Positions 1 to 13,934 of a DNA stretch of 64,000 nt are shown in pieces. The notes beneath the pieces were generated by a model, which saw only the letters and a list, made by a program, of their open reading frames with translations, was not told the origin of the DNA and did no database searches. This stretch comes from Adineta vaga (lineage: Eukaryota > Animalia > Rotifera), in assembly GCA_021613535.1 (NCBI GenBank), contig CP075497.1, positions 6,386,001-6,450,000 on the forward strand, read 5' to 3'. The position numbers and the translations under genes are program-made. Position 1 is the stretch's first letter. Each line of letters opens with the position of its first letter.

Positions 1-1647
1 ACTATTCATGTCATTGATGATAATCAATGGGAACCAGATGAAACATTTTTTGTCAAAATATCATTACCAGAAGGTGAAGAAACACGAGCTAGACTAGGCT
101 CGAAAACGATTGCACTTGTAACAATTATCAATGATGATGGTAAATTATTTCCTTAAAGAAATAGCAACAATCATTAGAGATAAACTTGATTTTGTTTGTA
201 TTCTTATAGAACCGGGTATGATCGAATTTGAAGAACCAATTACATTAGTTAAAGAAAGTGTTGGCAAAGCCGAAATTAAATTAGTGCGTGTCAATGGTGC
301 TGACGGACGTGTTAGTGTTCATTATCGAACAAAAGATATCGATGCAATTGCCACAAGAGATTATGAACGTAAGTGATTGATATCAAAGACAAAAACATTT
401 CGAGTCAGTCAGTATTCTAATAGAAGGAACAAGCTTAATGAATAGAAATGAAAGGATGTCTTTGACTGTTCTTTTTTTTCCTTCTTTCTAGCTGCTCAGA
501 GTGAAATTATATTTGAACATGGTGAAATATCAAAAATAATTGCTATACCAATTACAAATGATCTTGAAGCTGAAAAAGATGAAAGTTTTGCAGTAGAAAT
601 TTATGATCCAACGGGTGGTGCACAATTAGGAAAACATACTAAAACTGTCGTAACTATAATAAATGATGATGGTAAGATAATTTCTCTGGAGAAATGTTTC
701 GAAGATTTTTTTAATTAGATTATAAAACAATGGCAAATAAAATGGCGTCACTCGTGCAAGTTGATATGGACAAATTAAGTGTTACGAAAACTTCTTGGGG
801 ACAACAATTTCAAGATGCAATGAATGTCAATGGTGGTGATTTAGAAACAGCAAAAATCGGTCATTATATTGGTCATGCACTAGCATTCTTCTGGAAGGTA
901 ACATATGATGATGGAAAAAAAATCCACTTTTCTATTCAAATGAAACTTCATTCTTTTTAGGTACTCTTTGCTTTTGTTCCTCCAACAGCAATGGCTGGTG
1001 GTTGGTTAACATTCTTTGTATCACTCTTTTTCATCGCTCTTCTAACAGCTGTCGTTGGTGATGTTGCTGCAATATTTGGTTGTTTAGTTGGATTAAAAGA
1101 TAGTATAACAGCTATATCTTTCGTTGCACTTGGTACATCTTTACCAGATACATTTGCATCAATGATTGCAGCAAAAAATTCGAAAACAGCTGATGATGCT
1201 ATTGGTAATGTAACTGGATCGAATAGTGTTAATGTTTTTCTTGGTCTTGGACTTCCATGGCTTGTAGCTGCTATCTATTGGGAATCCAAAGTAAGATAAT
1301 ATGAAATGAATAAGGTCTTTTCTTTCAAAGATATCATTTGTAGAATCTACCATTTACCGTCAAAGCTGGCGATCTCTCATTTAGTGTATTAGTCTTTTCT
1401 GTTTGTTGTATTCTTGGTATGACTGTACTTATTCTACGACGATATCTAGGTGTATTTGGCAAAGCAGAACTTGGTAAGAGAATATAGTTTTATTGTCAAG
1501 CAATGGTATTTGATAATTTCAAATCGTTTTTTAGGTGGACCAAAAATTCCAAAATATTTGTGTTCAATCTTTTTTGTCTTACTTTGGATTGTATATCTTA
1601 CATTATCAAGTCTTCAAGCCTATGGACATATTAAATGGCAGAGTTAA
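1..1647 (+). CDS. NCX: Na+/Ca2+ exchanger (NCX/SLC8), 3' part, multi-exon, 5' truncated by window edge
   Basis: Spliced translation gives Calx-beta domains ([16 protein letters not shown]...VTIINDD; [16 protein letters not shown]...VTIINDDD) and the alpha-2 repeat [12 protein letters not shown]...[16 protein letters not shown]. It also has ELGGP and a final TM helix, with the stop at 1645-1647. Confidence 0.95.
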
Positions 1648-4600
1648 ATAATCGAATTCTGTATAATATTCATAAATATGTTCTCAAGAAAAGACATCAA
1701 GTGAAATACTTTCATCATACGGTTCTTTTGTTTTTTCTTTCGTTTTTTTCGTTAAATTCTCCATTTAAACCTCTCTAATACTCAGTTTTGTTTCTGGCGT
1801 TGCGCATCTGTGATTAATGAAATACACATAGAAGAAAAGGAAAAGAAATAATGAGGAAAAAAATGTATTTCTTCTTAGGAAATTAATCTTTTCAAATGAT
1901 TGCTTTGAGTTAGTTTAGATCAAAAAAATATATCTATATATAAAGGGAAAAGAGATAAATCTATCTAAGAGATCAACTCAGGATGATCGTAATTCTTAAA
2001 AATAGAACTAATTTATCGTTTTCTTCTCTTTTTTTTTCACTCCTCGCATATATCTTGCTATATATATTTGCACACATTTAGCAGACTATTCTATTAGATA
2101 TAAACCTGTTTTATTTTCTTTTGTTTTTGTTATTCAATTGATGAGATGAGACAATTCATTTCCTTCAAAGCTCTATATGTATGTACTATTGTGCCTGTGT
2201 TTATGATTATCTCGCTTGATTTTTCACTTCTATATTTCGTTTTTCTCTTCACATTATGCTTTATTCTACGATGGACTTACAGTAAACTATGGGATATTAA
2301 GAACAGTAGTTACTGGAATGGCTTTTTTAAATAAATAAATAAATAAATATATATATATTTCTATTTAAAAAGATATTTTGTGCAAATCTAACGCATCATT
2401 TATTATCGTTCTTAAAAATCTTTACGCTATTTTCCATTTCCGATCGCGTTCGAGGACGAAAAATTGTATTGAATCGAGGAAATGAATTACTAATAAGCGT
2501 ATATAATTATCACAGGAACTTGAGAATAGGTTTTTGATTACAAGAAAGAATCTGAAAAGAATTACTGATTGAAAATGAATTACACAAAATGTCATGGTGA
2601 TATTTATGAGGTTTCATTCTATGAAATTTCATTGTATTCGTCGTGCAAACATAAGAAATGTTGTCGTCTCGAAATGACGATGAGAATTACAAGTAGAAAT
2701 GTTCGTACATCGGAAAAACAGCTCTTTATTAAATTATGATACTATATCAATCTGTAATGTAGATTGATGGAAAACATATGTCGATACTTACTTCAAATCA
2801 TCGATTAATCAAATTTTGGCATCGATTTCATATTTATTTAGTAGATAACGTGTTGAACATCGTATGTAGACTCAAACTTCAGAAATTCATGTTCGTAAAA
2901 TCAAATTAGGATCATTTTTCAATGACATTATAAGTTATCTATATTTGATAAATTTATGAGTATAAAAATGAAATATAAATATTCATCTGTTTTCATTCTT
3001 ACATAACTCATCAAGTATTGAACACGTAGTATGATCTGTTAATTATTCAAACCAATCAAGTAAATTTTGATGAAGGTCATCTATTTCTTTTAAATTCAAC
3101 AGCCGATATGAATCATGAATGATTAGCATAGATAAAATACAATAATCGCGTCCAATAAAAAAGTAATTTATCATCAAAATACAAGGTTACTGTTAATCGT
3201 TCTCTGAATAATAAAAAAATCAGTTCTAATCATGGAGTTTAACACCATTTTCCTAATAAAATCATTTGTTTCGAAAGGTTTGTTAGAATCAAAATGTCGT
3301 AGATTAATCTCCAGAGACATCTTGCAAATAAAAGAATAGTAATTTTTTGATTATTCTACATGGTAATGATATTTATCAAAAGATTAAATTCTTCGATACG
3401 ATAAAACTCGTAGATTGTTATCATTCATTTATTTGCAATACAATCTTTTTTTTTAGCAATATGCAGTCGTAGAATAAAAATATTCTGTACATTTAAAGAT
3501 CAAATCTCACAATGGGGCATACACATATTGTATATACTCTAAAAATTCATTGATTAGATATCACTTTCTATTACGGGACAAATTCTATTCATCTACTTTC
3601 GAACGTTGTTGAAAGTGTAAAGGAAAATAGATGACATTAATATACCATTTTTTTTCCATAACTAGTATGATCCTTGACCTAACCTTCTTTGCTATCCGCT
3701 ATCTAAAAGACTGTCATTTGTTAAATAAAGCTCTTGATTGTAAGAGTCTTATCAAACACGCAATCTCCTATTTAGTCATATGCATTAGAAATGTATTGGA
3801 CAATTTAATGAGGTAGGTTAGCAGGTGCTGTTACAAACTACACGCATTGCCCATCTCTTGTATTTAGTCAATGTGCATACAGAATATTTATAAATGAATG
3901 AAAAAATTTACAAGTGTCACGATAAGTGGATAGAATTCTTTCAAATTTTCTTCTGTACACATAGTGTACTTCAAGTACGCCTTGAAGAACTATGAAAAGA
4001 CGTCTCGGTGTGTATTCTTTGGATAGAAAAGTAGTGCTATTAATATTCAAAAACTAAATCATCACTCTTTTTTCCTCTCATGTACGATAATTATTTCAAA
4101 GGATACAATATGTGTACCCATTTTTATTCATGCGTAATTGTTTCTGGCAGCATCAATGATGAATACATGAAATGAAAAAAGATTCGTTCGCTCTTCTTTT
4201 TTTTTTGTTCGTCAACATACAATATTGGTCTAACATTAGACTTACTTTTTCAGTAGGAGCTGTTCTTTTGCGTTCTCTCTCTCTCTCTTTTTCTCTTCTA
4301 TTCGTGCTTTTTTTCGATTTCTTAGTATACTTGCCAATGTATGACCATTTTGTTTCATTTCTGCTCGTTACGTTTGTACACTAGAAGTATTGGATCACCT
4401 CTCTCCCTCGTTTTGATTTATTCTGTACCTTTCATCAATAGTTTTCTCTTCTCATTCATTTCTTTTTTTTCACGCTTAAATAAAAAAAAACCGATCGATG
4501 TTCTATGCTGCGGTTATGACTATTGTAAGTATATAACTCTTTTTCTCTTCTTTTCTAAAGCATTACAAATCACTAGTGATTAGTTTAAGTTCAAAACTAG

Positions 4601-4858
4601 AACGATTTTCTTTTGATTAATAACGAAATAAATACAATCTAATGATCTTCCTTTTGAAATAATATAAACAGATGTGTTGGGCATCTTATCTCGTTACCAT
4701 TCTGATTACATCACCAAAAGTTGATGGCGACATGCTGTGTATATCTGTTAACCTTTTTTTTTGTATGTATGTATGTCTTCTGATGAAGTGAGTTGTAAGA
4801 TCTGTTGTAGACGAACAATCATTCATATGAACAAGAAGAATAATATTGATTTAAATCA

Positions 4859-6174
4859 ATGGATTTTACTGCTGTCATTGAAAGTGCAAAACGATTCGCT
4901 GGAGGCGAACGAACTGATTATACGTACGATGATCGATTAGTAGATCGTCTTCATAATCGTTACACTGTTGCTGTCTTAGTTTGTTTTTGTATTGCTATTT
5001 CAAGTTATCAATACATTGGTAAGATGAATAGAAACATTTTGTAGAAAAGAGGAGGAGGTAATGAAACTTTTCTTTTTTTTTATAGGCGATCCATTACGTT
5101 GTTGGGTACCAGCTCAATTTAATGGAAACTATGAATCATATACGAATCGATTGTGTTATATTCAAAATACCTATCATGTTCCAAAAAATCAAGTAGTTCC
5201 AAAAGATTATAATTTACGACGTGAAAGAACACTTAAATATTATCAATGGATCAATTTGGTTCTTCTTTTACAAGCACTTTTCTTCAGTTTACCACGTATT
5301 ATTTGGCAATCATTCAATGATAAGATTGGATTATCACTAGGAAATCTTGTTGATGCCGCTAATAAATATGATACATTTGATAGTAGAGATGATCGAGGAA
5401 CAGGTAATGTACAAAAGTATCTATTGAAATGTTTTGTTAAATATTGATTTTCGATTGATATAATTAGTTGTGCAATATATTGCTGATTGTTTACACCGTT
5501 ATGAAGAGTATATCAATCCCCCAAAGCGAGAAAGAGCATCTTTGATACATCGTATGAATCGTCAATGTCGTTTATTTTGTCAAGGTCGAACCGGCGCTTC
5601 GCTTGTTTGTTTTTATTTTGTTGTTAAATTTCTCTATATGATCAATTTAATTCTACAAATTTTATTTCTTCAATATTTTCTCAGTTACTATGAAATGAAT
5701 TATCTTCAATATGGTATTAATGTATTAGGTACATTATTGTCTGGTTTTACATTACCAGAAAGTAAACTCTTTCCACGCATCACATTATGTGATTTTCAAA
5801 TACGTGAATTAGGTGAACAACATCATTATACAGTCGAATGTATTCTTGTTATAAATATATTCATTGAGAAAATGTATTTTATTTTATGGATATGGTTTTG
5901 GGTTTTACTATTAATAACAATTATTGATACAATACGTTCTATCTATCGAATATTTATACGACATTCTCGTAATATTTTTATTACACAACATCTAGAATTA
6001 ATCGTTAGAAATCGTGTCTCCAAAGAAACACTATTTCGACATTTTTTGCGTTACTTTCCTATTGATAATCTTTTTGCTTTGTGGATTGTGGGACTGAATT
6101 CCAATTCATTGATTGTCGCTGAAATTCTCGATGAATTATTTTCTCGTAAATTAAATCATGGTTCTGATGTGTAA
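4859..6174 (+). CDS. Innexin (gap junction protein); exons 4859-5018, 5086-5403, 5468-6174
   Basis: Innexin motifs: DDRLVDRLH, GDPLRCWVP, YTNRLCY, YYQW, FPRITLCDF, ECILVINIFIEKMY..LWIW. GT-AG junctions keep the frame. Confidence 0.95.
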
Positions 6175-8011
6175 GATAGCTCTGCGAATTAACATACATT
6201 TCTTTCGATGTTATAAATAGAGGAGAAAATCAAAATATCTTTTTGTTAATAAACGATACTTTGCATAATATCGTTTTGTTTTTTAACTTGATAAATAAAA
6301 TGGTAGTATATAATGAATAAGGATGAAGAGTAGATGTTTTGGGAATTAGCAAATATGAGATATCATGCAATTATGTGAAGAATATTGTGATTTAATCAAA
6401 GATAAACAAACAGTAGATAACGATGTAAGACAAGCTTTCGTTCTATATAGTTAAAACATGAGCTTTTTTCTCCATGATACTCAGAGAATTCATCACAAAA
6501 AAAGATTCATTGAAGTTTTCAACTGATAGTAGATTAAGATATATTCTAACAAAGTTGAACAATTTCTTACAACTATCAGAAACGATAATTTGTAATACTT
6601 TTATCGAAATCCTCAACTTCTTCTTCCCCGCAAAAGTTGATGTCAGTGTAGGTACGTTCCAATAGATATAGTCTCATTTCGCAGAGATGTGGACCAAAAC
6701 CAAAGAGTCGAAGATAGCTGATTTGACATCCCATATTCCTCTATTCACGTTCATCTTTTGTATCTAATTTTTCTTCATTTGAGAGAGTGTATCAAGGTTC
6801 AGAACATGATGAAGTTTTTGTTTTTCAATTCTTAATTCTTAAGTGAAGAAGAGGAATAATAAGTTCAACAACTCCACTAACTCTTAGTAAATAGGTAGTT
6901 ACTGATATAAGTATCTGCATACGCACATAATACAAACAATTGTTAATTCGAAAAAAAATACCATCATACCAGCATCTTGACATGCATTTTCAAACGAAGA
7001 AAAATTAAGTATGAAGAATGAGCTTAGACATTTGCTAGCTTTTAAGAGAATAATCATCATTACTGAAAGACTTGAAGACGGACCATCTTGTTTATGCGTT
7101 TATCTCAAATTTAAAACTCTTAACTAAAATTAACTTTTTTGTTTTTAGGAGAGAGGGAGTTCTTAACAAATAAAATCCACGATTTTCAATGTTTTATTTA
7201 GATATATAAGAAATATTTCAAAACTTTGTTAATTAAATAGAAAACAACAATTATTGTATTTTTTACAGTTAGAATTTAGAACTCATCTAGGAACGAAAAA
7301 AGTAATGCACGCGTAACTCCTATCAAATATTCTTTTGTACTTGAATCTCATGATACGGTAAGATACGATAATATTTTACTATGTAATCACGACATCAACT
7401 ATCTATCACACGTTTTCTACAACTCAAGACTCTCGAACAAATTTTGTCAAAAATCATTTTACATTCGATTTTGTTATAGTTGATTCTTTTCATATGTTCT
7501 AAATATTCGTTACTGTACATACCCTATCGAAGAACAATTTGATGAAATAAGAAATGACGAAAGAATAATTTTATCTCTTCTATAATTAATTCATCAACAT
7601 ATTCATTTATATTTCATCATCAAATTAGAAGGAAATATTCTTTCAATAATTCATTATTATTATTACCGTCAAAGTCATCAAAATATTTCTCTACAGACAT
7701 ACCATCTTCGTTTACTTTTATTTATATCTGTGTATGATTATACACTTCCAATCTTCAATAAAACAAATTTTTGTTAAAAAACTTCATTTTTATTTTAATC
7801 TTGAGAATCGAAAGAAAAAGAATGAATCAACTAACAATACATTATCAGCTTGGTTTCACATAGGAAAATAACAAAAAAAAACTACTTATGTGTGTATATC
7901 TATAAAGAACACGGTCGGTGTTAATTCACCGAGAACGAGAAAAAGACTAGCAAATGCAAGATGAAAAGTTTTTAGAAAGAACACAAAAATATATATATAT
8001 ATATATCTGGT

Positions 8012-11000
8012 TTACTTGGAAATCACAGGTTGAAATAATTTCAATATATCTCTAAAATAAAATCAAGAAAATTCAAACGAGTCTTTTCATACACACACAC
8101 ACACGTACTTATGCATATACATAACACCATAAGCATCGGGAGCTAAATTTTTGAGAACACGTTCTTGTGTGCATGATGTAACTGATGTATCATCATAAGT
8201 CCACCATGTATCTCCTTTTGCATCATATACTGTTGATGTATAATGTCCTAGAAAAGTATTTTGAAAGAAAACAAAATCAAAAGTCTAATTTCTTACCAAC
8301 ATCGCTTGAGCCACCATGATGATTAATAACCGCAAAAAGACAATAATCAGCATGTGTCGCAATCGTATTTTCTGTTTCATCGACATTCTAAATATGATCG
8401 TCACATTTATTAACAAATTCTCATTTCTTTCTAATGAATAAATCTCCAAGGATTCTCAGTATGTTCTAAATTATTCATACCGTATTTTCTGAATCAATGT
8501 CTTCGAGTCGTGCTCGTTTTGGTTCATTAATGTTGAGTATATCTTCACGTTGTTGAAATAAATCTTTTAAATTAGGTAATTCTTCGACATAATTCAACAT
8601 CGATGGTTGTAAAGTTTTTGTTGAACAAAATGGTGAAACATCAATTTCAAGTGAACAATCAATTGGATGATCTTCTTTCGAAACTGATTGAAGTTCACCA
8701 TTAGAATTCTTTGTAATATGCCATCGTTTCAAATAAAATATAAAAATACTAAAAGAAATTTTCCAGTTTTGACTATTTTCTTTTCTAATTACCGAGGTAA
8801 TCTTTCAAGACTATATTTAATCGATTTTCGTTGATTTGATTGACAATCATCACAATAACAACCATCCATTGATTCCGGTGCAAAATAGTTCGTTAATAAA
8901 TCAGTTAATGAATTGGTTTTTGTTGTTTTAGATTCTTCATCAGTTACATGAATAAGTAATGCGGTATGAATTTCGGTTTTAATTGTTGACATACCGCAGC
9001 TAGTGTGAAAGAGAAGAAAAAAAAGGAAATATTAGATTCATAAAATAACCTTCAGGAATATTTTGATTGTTAGATATATAGTTTCCTTTTTTTTCGGGAA
9101 AAAAACCTCTTTTGTTCATGAAAGGAGAAAAAAACACCTAAGTTTGCTCAATTTACTGATACAACTTAGAAAATAGTCACTTTGACAACTCTTGAAAATA
9201 AATATATATTTTTCTTAATTTTATATTGGAAAGAGGATTGCTTTTAAGCAAAGTAAAATGATATAGAGGCTTTTTTTTCTTCCTTTCTTTGATTTTCTTA
9301 CGTACATTTCACAACAACGTTCAGTCGCTAAACAAAATTGGAAATTATTCGTTGTTGGATCGACTATTTTATGTGTATATACTAATGATTGTTCTTTAAT
9401 TTGTGTTTTAATTGCATCAATTTCATCAGTTATTAAAGAAATAACAAGATTAAGAAATTCATGTGAATCCTAGAAAGAGAAAGAAAGAGGAAATCAAATA
9501 ATACTCATGGATTTATTTTTGATTGATCGTTAGAAAACTAGCAATAATCCTCTTTCTCTATTTTGATCAATTGTTAAAAAAATATCTAAGAACAAAACAA
9601 AACAAAACAAATGATCAACTGATGTTATTCATTTTCTCAACGGCAGTATGACTGCCTGAGGTTATCTAATTGCGTGTTCCCTCGGTCGTTCTTCCTTCCC
9701 GCTTTTCTCGTTTTCTTTTTTTTTTTCATCAGTATACTTTCGACATTCAGTAAGAAAAGAACACGATAATAGAATGAACATGTTCGCACTCATATTTACA
9801 AGAAAGAAGTGTTTTATACGCATGAAAGATGTTCAAAGAACAGCAACTTAAACGATTAAATTTGGATTCATCAAATTCGAATTGTGATTTTCAAATCATT
9901 CCCAATCGTCTTGAAATGTTACCAACAACAACTACAACAGCATCGACAACAATTAAACCAAATCATACAACAGTTCCTTTATTAAATGTACAAAAACTAA
10001 AACGAATGCCAACAAATCTAACGGTTGAACGGTGCTGTTTTCTTTTAATTCATGTTCTTTTCTATGCTATTATTCTAACAATTGTCTATGTAAGACTGGA
10101 ACAATTTACTGATAAACAAGAAAAGATGATTCTTGAGTTTCGTATGAATGATAATTTAACTCTTCATCAAGAACTCCATCGTCGTTTACTTAATTACAAT
10201 CAGTAAGTTGTTGACGAAAACTAAACAATCTCTCAAATGTGTAATATCGTAATACATTAACAAAATTGAAAAATCTGTCACTTTCACTTAGTAGATGATG
10301 AATCGTTTTACATCAGTAAATCATTTTATCACTTAGTAAGAAAATTGTTAGATACAGCTATAAAGAGAGCGAAAATGACTTCAAATAGATGCCGTAAAAT
10401 TATTATTATTTCTTTTTCTTTTCTTCTTTTTCAAACTAGTTCACATTCTGAAAACAATGTCGATTGTTCTCATCAACTTCCTCCGCATCCTCGACGAAAT
10501 CGTACGACACGCTGTTTACAATTACGTGTTGGATTAACTGAAGTTGTTGAGAATATTTTCTGTCCCAATGATGAATATCCTCAATGGTTAATTATTCAAA
10601 ATCGTGAAACGAATTCGATCGATTTTAATCGAACATGGATTGAATATCGACGAGGTTTTGGTAATATTCGTAATCGAACTGATTTTTGGATTGGAAATGA
10701 AAATCTCTATTGGTTATCAACGACTTACGCATGTCGATTAAAAATTGAACTAACAGATTGGTATAACGAAACTCGAACAGCAACATATGAAATCTTTCGA
10801 ATTGCTAATCAACAAGATGGTTATCGAATACAAATCGGTGAATATCATGGAGATATGGAATTTTCAAATAAAATTGATAGTACGTAAAAGTTCTTTTTTT
10901 GATATTAACATGTATGTGTTAATCAAAAGAAAAACAAAAGGAAATGATTTAATAAAGTAAAAATAATGGCATGTATTTTTTGTTTCTTAATAGGTTTTTC

Positions 11001-12880
11001 TCGTTGGCATCATAATGCACGTTTCTCTACTCATGATCATTATGCCACAAATATAAATTGTCCTCAAAAACATGGCGGAGGTGGATGGTGGTATCATTCC
11101 GGTGTTGAATGTGCACATGTACAACTCAATGGTCATTTTGCAACACATTCCGATGGATTAGTTCCCTTCAATACTGGTATTCTCTGGATAGGATGGAAAA
11201 GTGATCGACATTATTCCTTTCAACGTGTTAATATGGCCATTCAACCGAAATCAAAGCATCCTCGTCTAGTCTATCGATCGTAATATGACACTTACTTGTT
11301 GACGTGAACCAAGAAAAACACCGGAATGTTTTTCTACTGCTTTTTTCAAATTAATTAACGCTTGTGATTCAACTATTCGTTCATCGTCAGTTAATTGAGT
11401 TGTTGTACTATTTTGTGATTGTGTTAATTGACGATCTTGTAATAGAGAAAGAATTCGTAAAACACAACTAAAGAAAAAGAAAAATAGAAGCATATACATA
11501 TATATATATATATATCTGTTTTTTTTGTATTTGTGTGATAGATTAATATATAAAGAAAAGAATTACTTACAGATAGATTGTATTTTCTTCAAGTAATGAT
11601 GATGTTATCAATTCGGAATTTGTAACCATTATATCGTAACGAAATGGATCGATATTTAATAAACATTGAAGAATAGAATTCATATAACATGTAGCACCGA
11701 TATTTTTCAAACTAGAAGAACAAGTATTTTGTTTCTAGAATAAGAATTACAAAGTAATTTACCCTTTTTTTCGTAAACTCATTGTTGTTGTAACTGCTTT
11801 TGATAATGATATATCAGGTGATGTAGAATTTTCTCCTCGTTTTGTTGTATATGGTGAATCACGCCAATCATATAAATAATTGTCATCATCATCATCCCAA
11901 AGACGTGTATTATTAAGTGGTTTGGAATGAATATTTTTCAATGGACTAATACGAGATTCTCCATTCGATAAATGTCGTTTTATTCTATTATCTGTTCGTT
12001 GAAAGAAATAAGGTGATGAAGAATTCGTTGCATGTTCAAAACGAATTGTTGAATTTGTTGATTGATTTGTACTTGTTCGTTTTCGACTAGAAAAAGTTTC
12101 AAGAAATTCTTCTTTTTATTCTTATTCTCATGAACATACCATTGTTGTTGACTTTGACTAGAATACTCGGTATTTTCATCAATAGAATTATGTTGTGAAT
12201 GAGGATAAAAATTCGAAGCACTAGATAAATAAAACAAAATATGAAATTATCACTCTGATGATTTTCCTGATAGATATAAACTTTACCTAGGTAAAGTATT
12301 TTTCTTTTTTTCATTGCTTTTTGATGAATTCGGTTGTGAATTTTCATCATTTTCAAAAAATTCATTTGCATGTTTCATTTTATCGATTTTCGATGTTTTT
12401 TTCTGAATTGTTTCTGATGGTACATCGGAATTAACATGATTTGTTTTGACGATTGAATTCCGTGATGTATTACTTGAATTTCCTGATATCTGACGAAATT
12501 TTTTAACATTATTTTCATAAGCTAAAGAAAACAAGATTGCTCTTATTAAATAAACTTATCTTTCTTTCCATACCTGATAGATCTTCATTCAACAAAGACT
12601 CTAAAATACATTTTAATTCATATAGTTTATTCGCTGGTAGAGCTGATAATTTAATTTGTTTCTTTTCTTTAAATGTAATCACAAATAAATCATTATATAA
12701 CATTGCTGCTGATATTGTGTCTTTACTTAATGTATATGCCATAATATTTACATTTTGTGCACTTACAGTTAAACATAAAGAATTCGGTGCAAAAATAAAT
12801 TCGAGTAAAGCTTCTTTTTTCTTTTGTAATTTTCCATGTGTAGAATCAATTAAACATCCTTTACATTTATAGTCAGTCAT
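8012..12880 (-). CDS. Ubiquitin carboxyl-terminal hydrolase, USP37/USP29/USP26-like, multi-exon
   Basis: ATG at 12880 (MTDYKCKG..., possible PH-like N-domain). Cys box FENIGATCYMNSILQCL at ~11710-11660. QQ|DSHEFL is joined across intron 11295-9470. His box GHYTSTVYD...WWTYDD at ~8250-8190, then YMHK|DILKLFQPVISK*. A further splice could extend the C-terminus to 7886. Confidence 0.88.
9829..11283 (+). CDS. Fibrinogen-related domain (FReD) protein with N-terminal TM segment; exons 9829-10202, 10440-10879, 10994-11283; nested in USP intron
   Basis: FReD motifs WLIIQNR..SIDFNRTWIEYRRGFG..DFWIGNENL, FSTHDH, GGWWY..C...LNG, ILWIGW. A hydrophobic segment CCFLLIHVLFYAIILTIVYV lies in exon 1. Confidence 0.9.
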
Positions 12881-12917
12881 ATTTACATTGATCTTAAAAA
12901 GAAGATAGACAAACAAA

Positions 12918-13736
12918 TCAGTGAAGTTTTTTCTTACAATCTTCGGTTTTCGTCATTTGGTTTAACAAAGTTAAACCAGTTATAATTAAATAGAAAGTCA
13001 TATATATAGAAAATAGAAAAAAGATTGCAAGACATCCAGTTAATATAGGATAGTTTACAAATGAATAAACAAGACCGGTTAAATCACATATATGAAAATG
13101 TAGTGAACATTGATCGAGTTCAAATGATGGTGGAATGATATTCAATTGAATTTTTTCGACAAAACTTTTCGATTGATCACCATTTGTTAAACGTTCGAGA
13201 AGAATTTGTTGTAAATACCATCGATCATAATCAATATTAAAAATGGAAAATGGTAAGAAGATTAATGTGCGAATTATACGAACAATTTCCGATTGATAGG
13301 GATACAAAATTAAACGTGAACGTTCGATAATAAGTTGATCTGTTGTTGAATGTAAAATTATTTGAACAAAAAACGAACCAGTTTGACGATTACGATATGA
13401 ACGTGGCGAATGACAGACAAGTTCAATTGTATATGGATGCCGAGAAATATCAAGAGGTGATTGATTATACAATGTATCACTTAAATTTATATAACTGACT
13501 AGATAGGGCGGAAAATGAGTGGATGATTTGGAAGAGTCGATATCCATTTTTGGATCAAAATCTTTTGGCAAACCAAGAGATATTGGTATAACAAGATGTG
13601 ATACTGGTATTAAATGTTTTTTTAAAGTAAAATAAGTTAGTAATGAAAGTAAAAATAAACATATACTGACAAAAATAAATGTTAGTATGGATTGAAAACA
13701 CCGGATGAAACTAGGAGTACTATAAATTGTACGCAT
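12918..13736 (-). CDS. BSCL2: Seipin (BSCL2-like), single exon, 272 aa
   Basis: Two TM segments flank a lumenal domain with PYTIEL...PRSYRNRQTGSFFV, LYPYQSEIVRIIRTLIFLP and LTGLVYSFVNYPIL, which is seipin architecture. Confidence 0.8.
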   Translation of the reverse strand: MRTIYSTPSFIRCFQSILTFIFVSICLFLLSLLTYFTLKKHLIPVSHLVIPISLGLPKDFDPKMDIDSSKSSTHFPPYLVSYINLSDTLYNQSPLDISRHPYTIELVCHSPRSYRNRQTGSFFVQIILHSTTDQLIIERSRLILYPYQSEIVRIIRTLIFLPFSIFNIDYDRWYLQQILLERLTNGDQSKSFVEKIQLNIIPPSFELDQCSLHFHICDLTGLVYSFVNYPILTGCLAIFFLFSIYMTFYLIITGLTLLNQMTKTEDCKKKLH

Positions 13737-13934
13737 AATCTAAGACGAAACAAAAAAGGAAAACATTGATCTATTATTCATATCGACATATTATTCATCT
13801 TTTTTTTTCGAAATTAACAAAACAAACAAACAACGTATATTTTTGTTATTAAGCAACAAATGAAACAGTAAAATAAAGTATCGATGGTATGGTACGTAAT
13901 AATTATTTTCTATATAAAATTGTGGTTAACATAC

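Noticed and set aside
2146-4583. Several 60-80 aa hydrophobic ORFs
   Set aside because: F/L/I-rich translations of T-rich UTR or intergenic DNA with no motifs.
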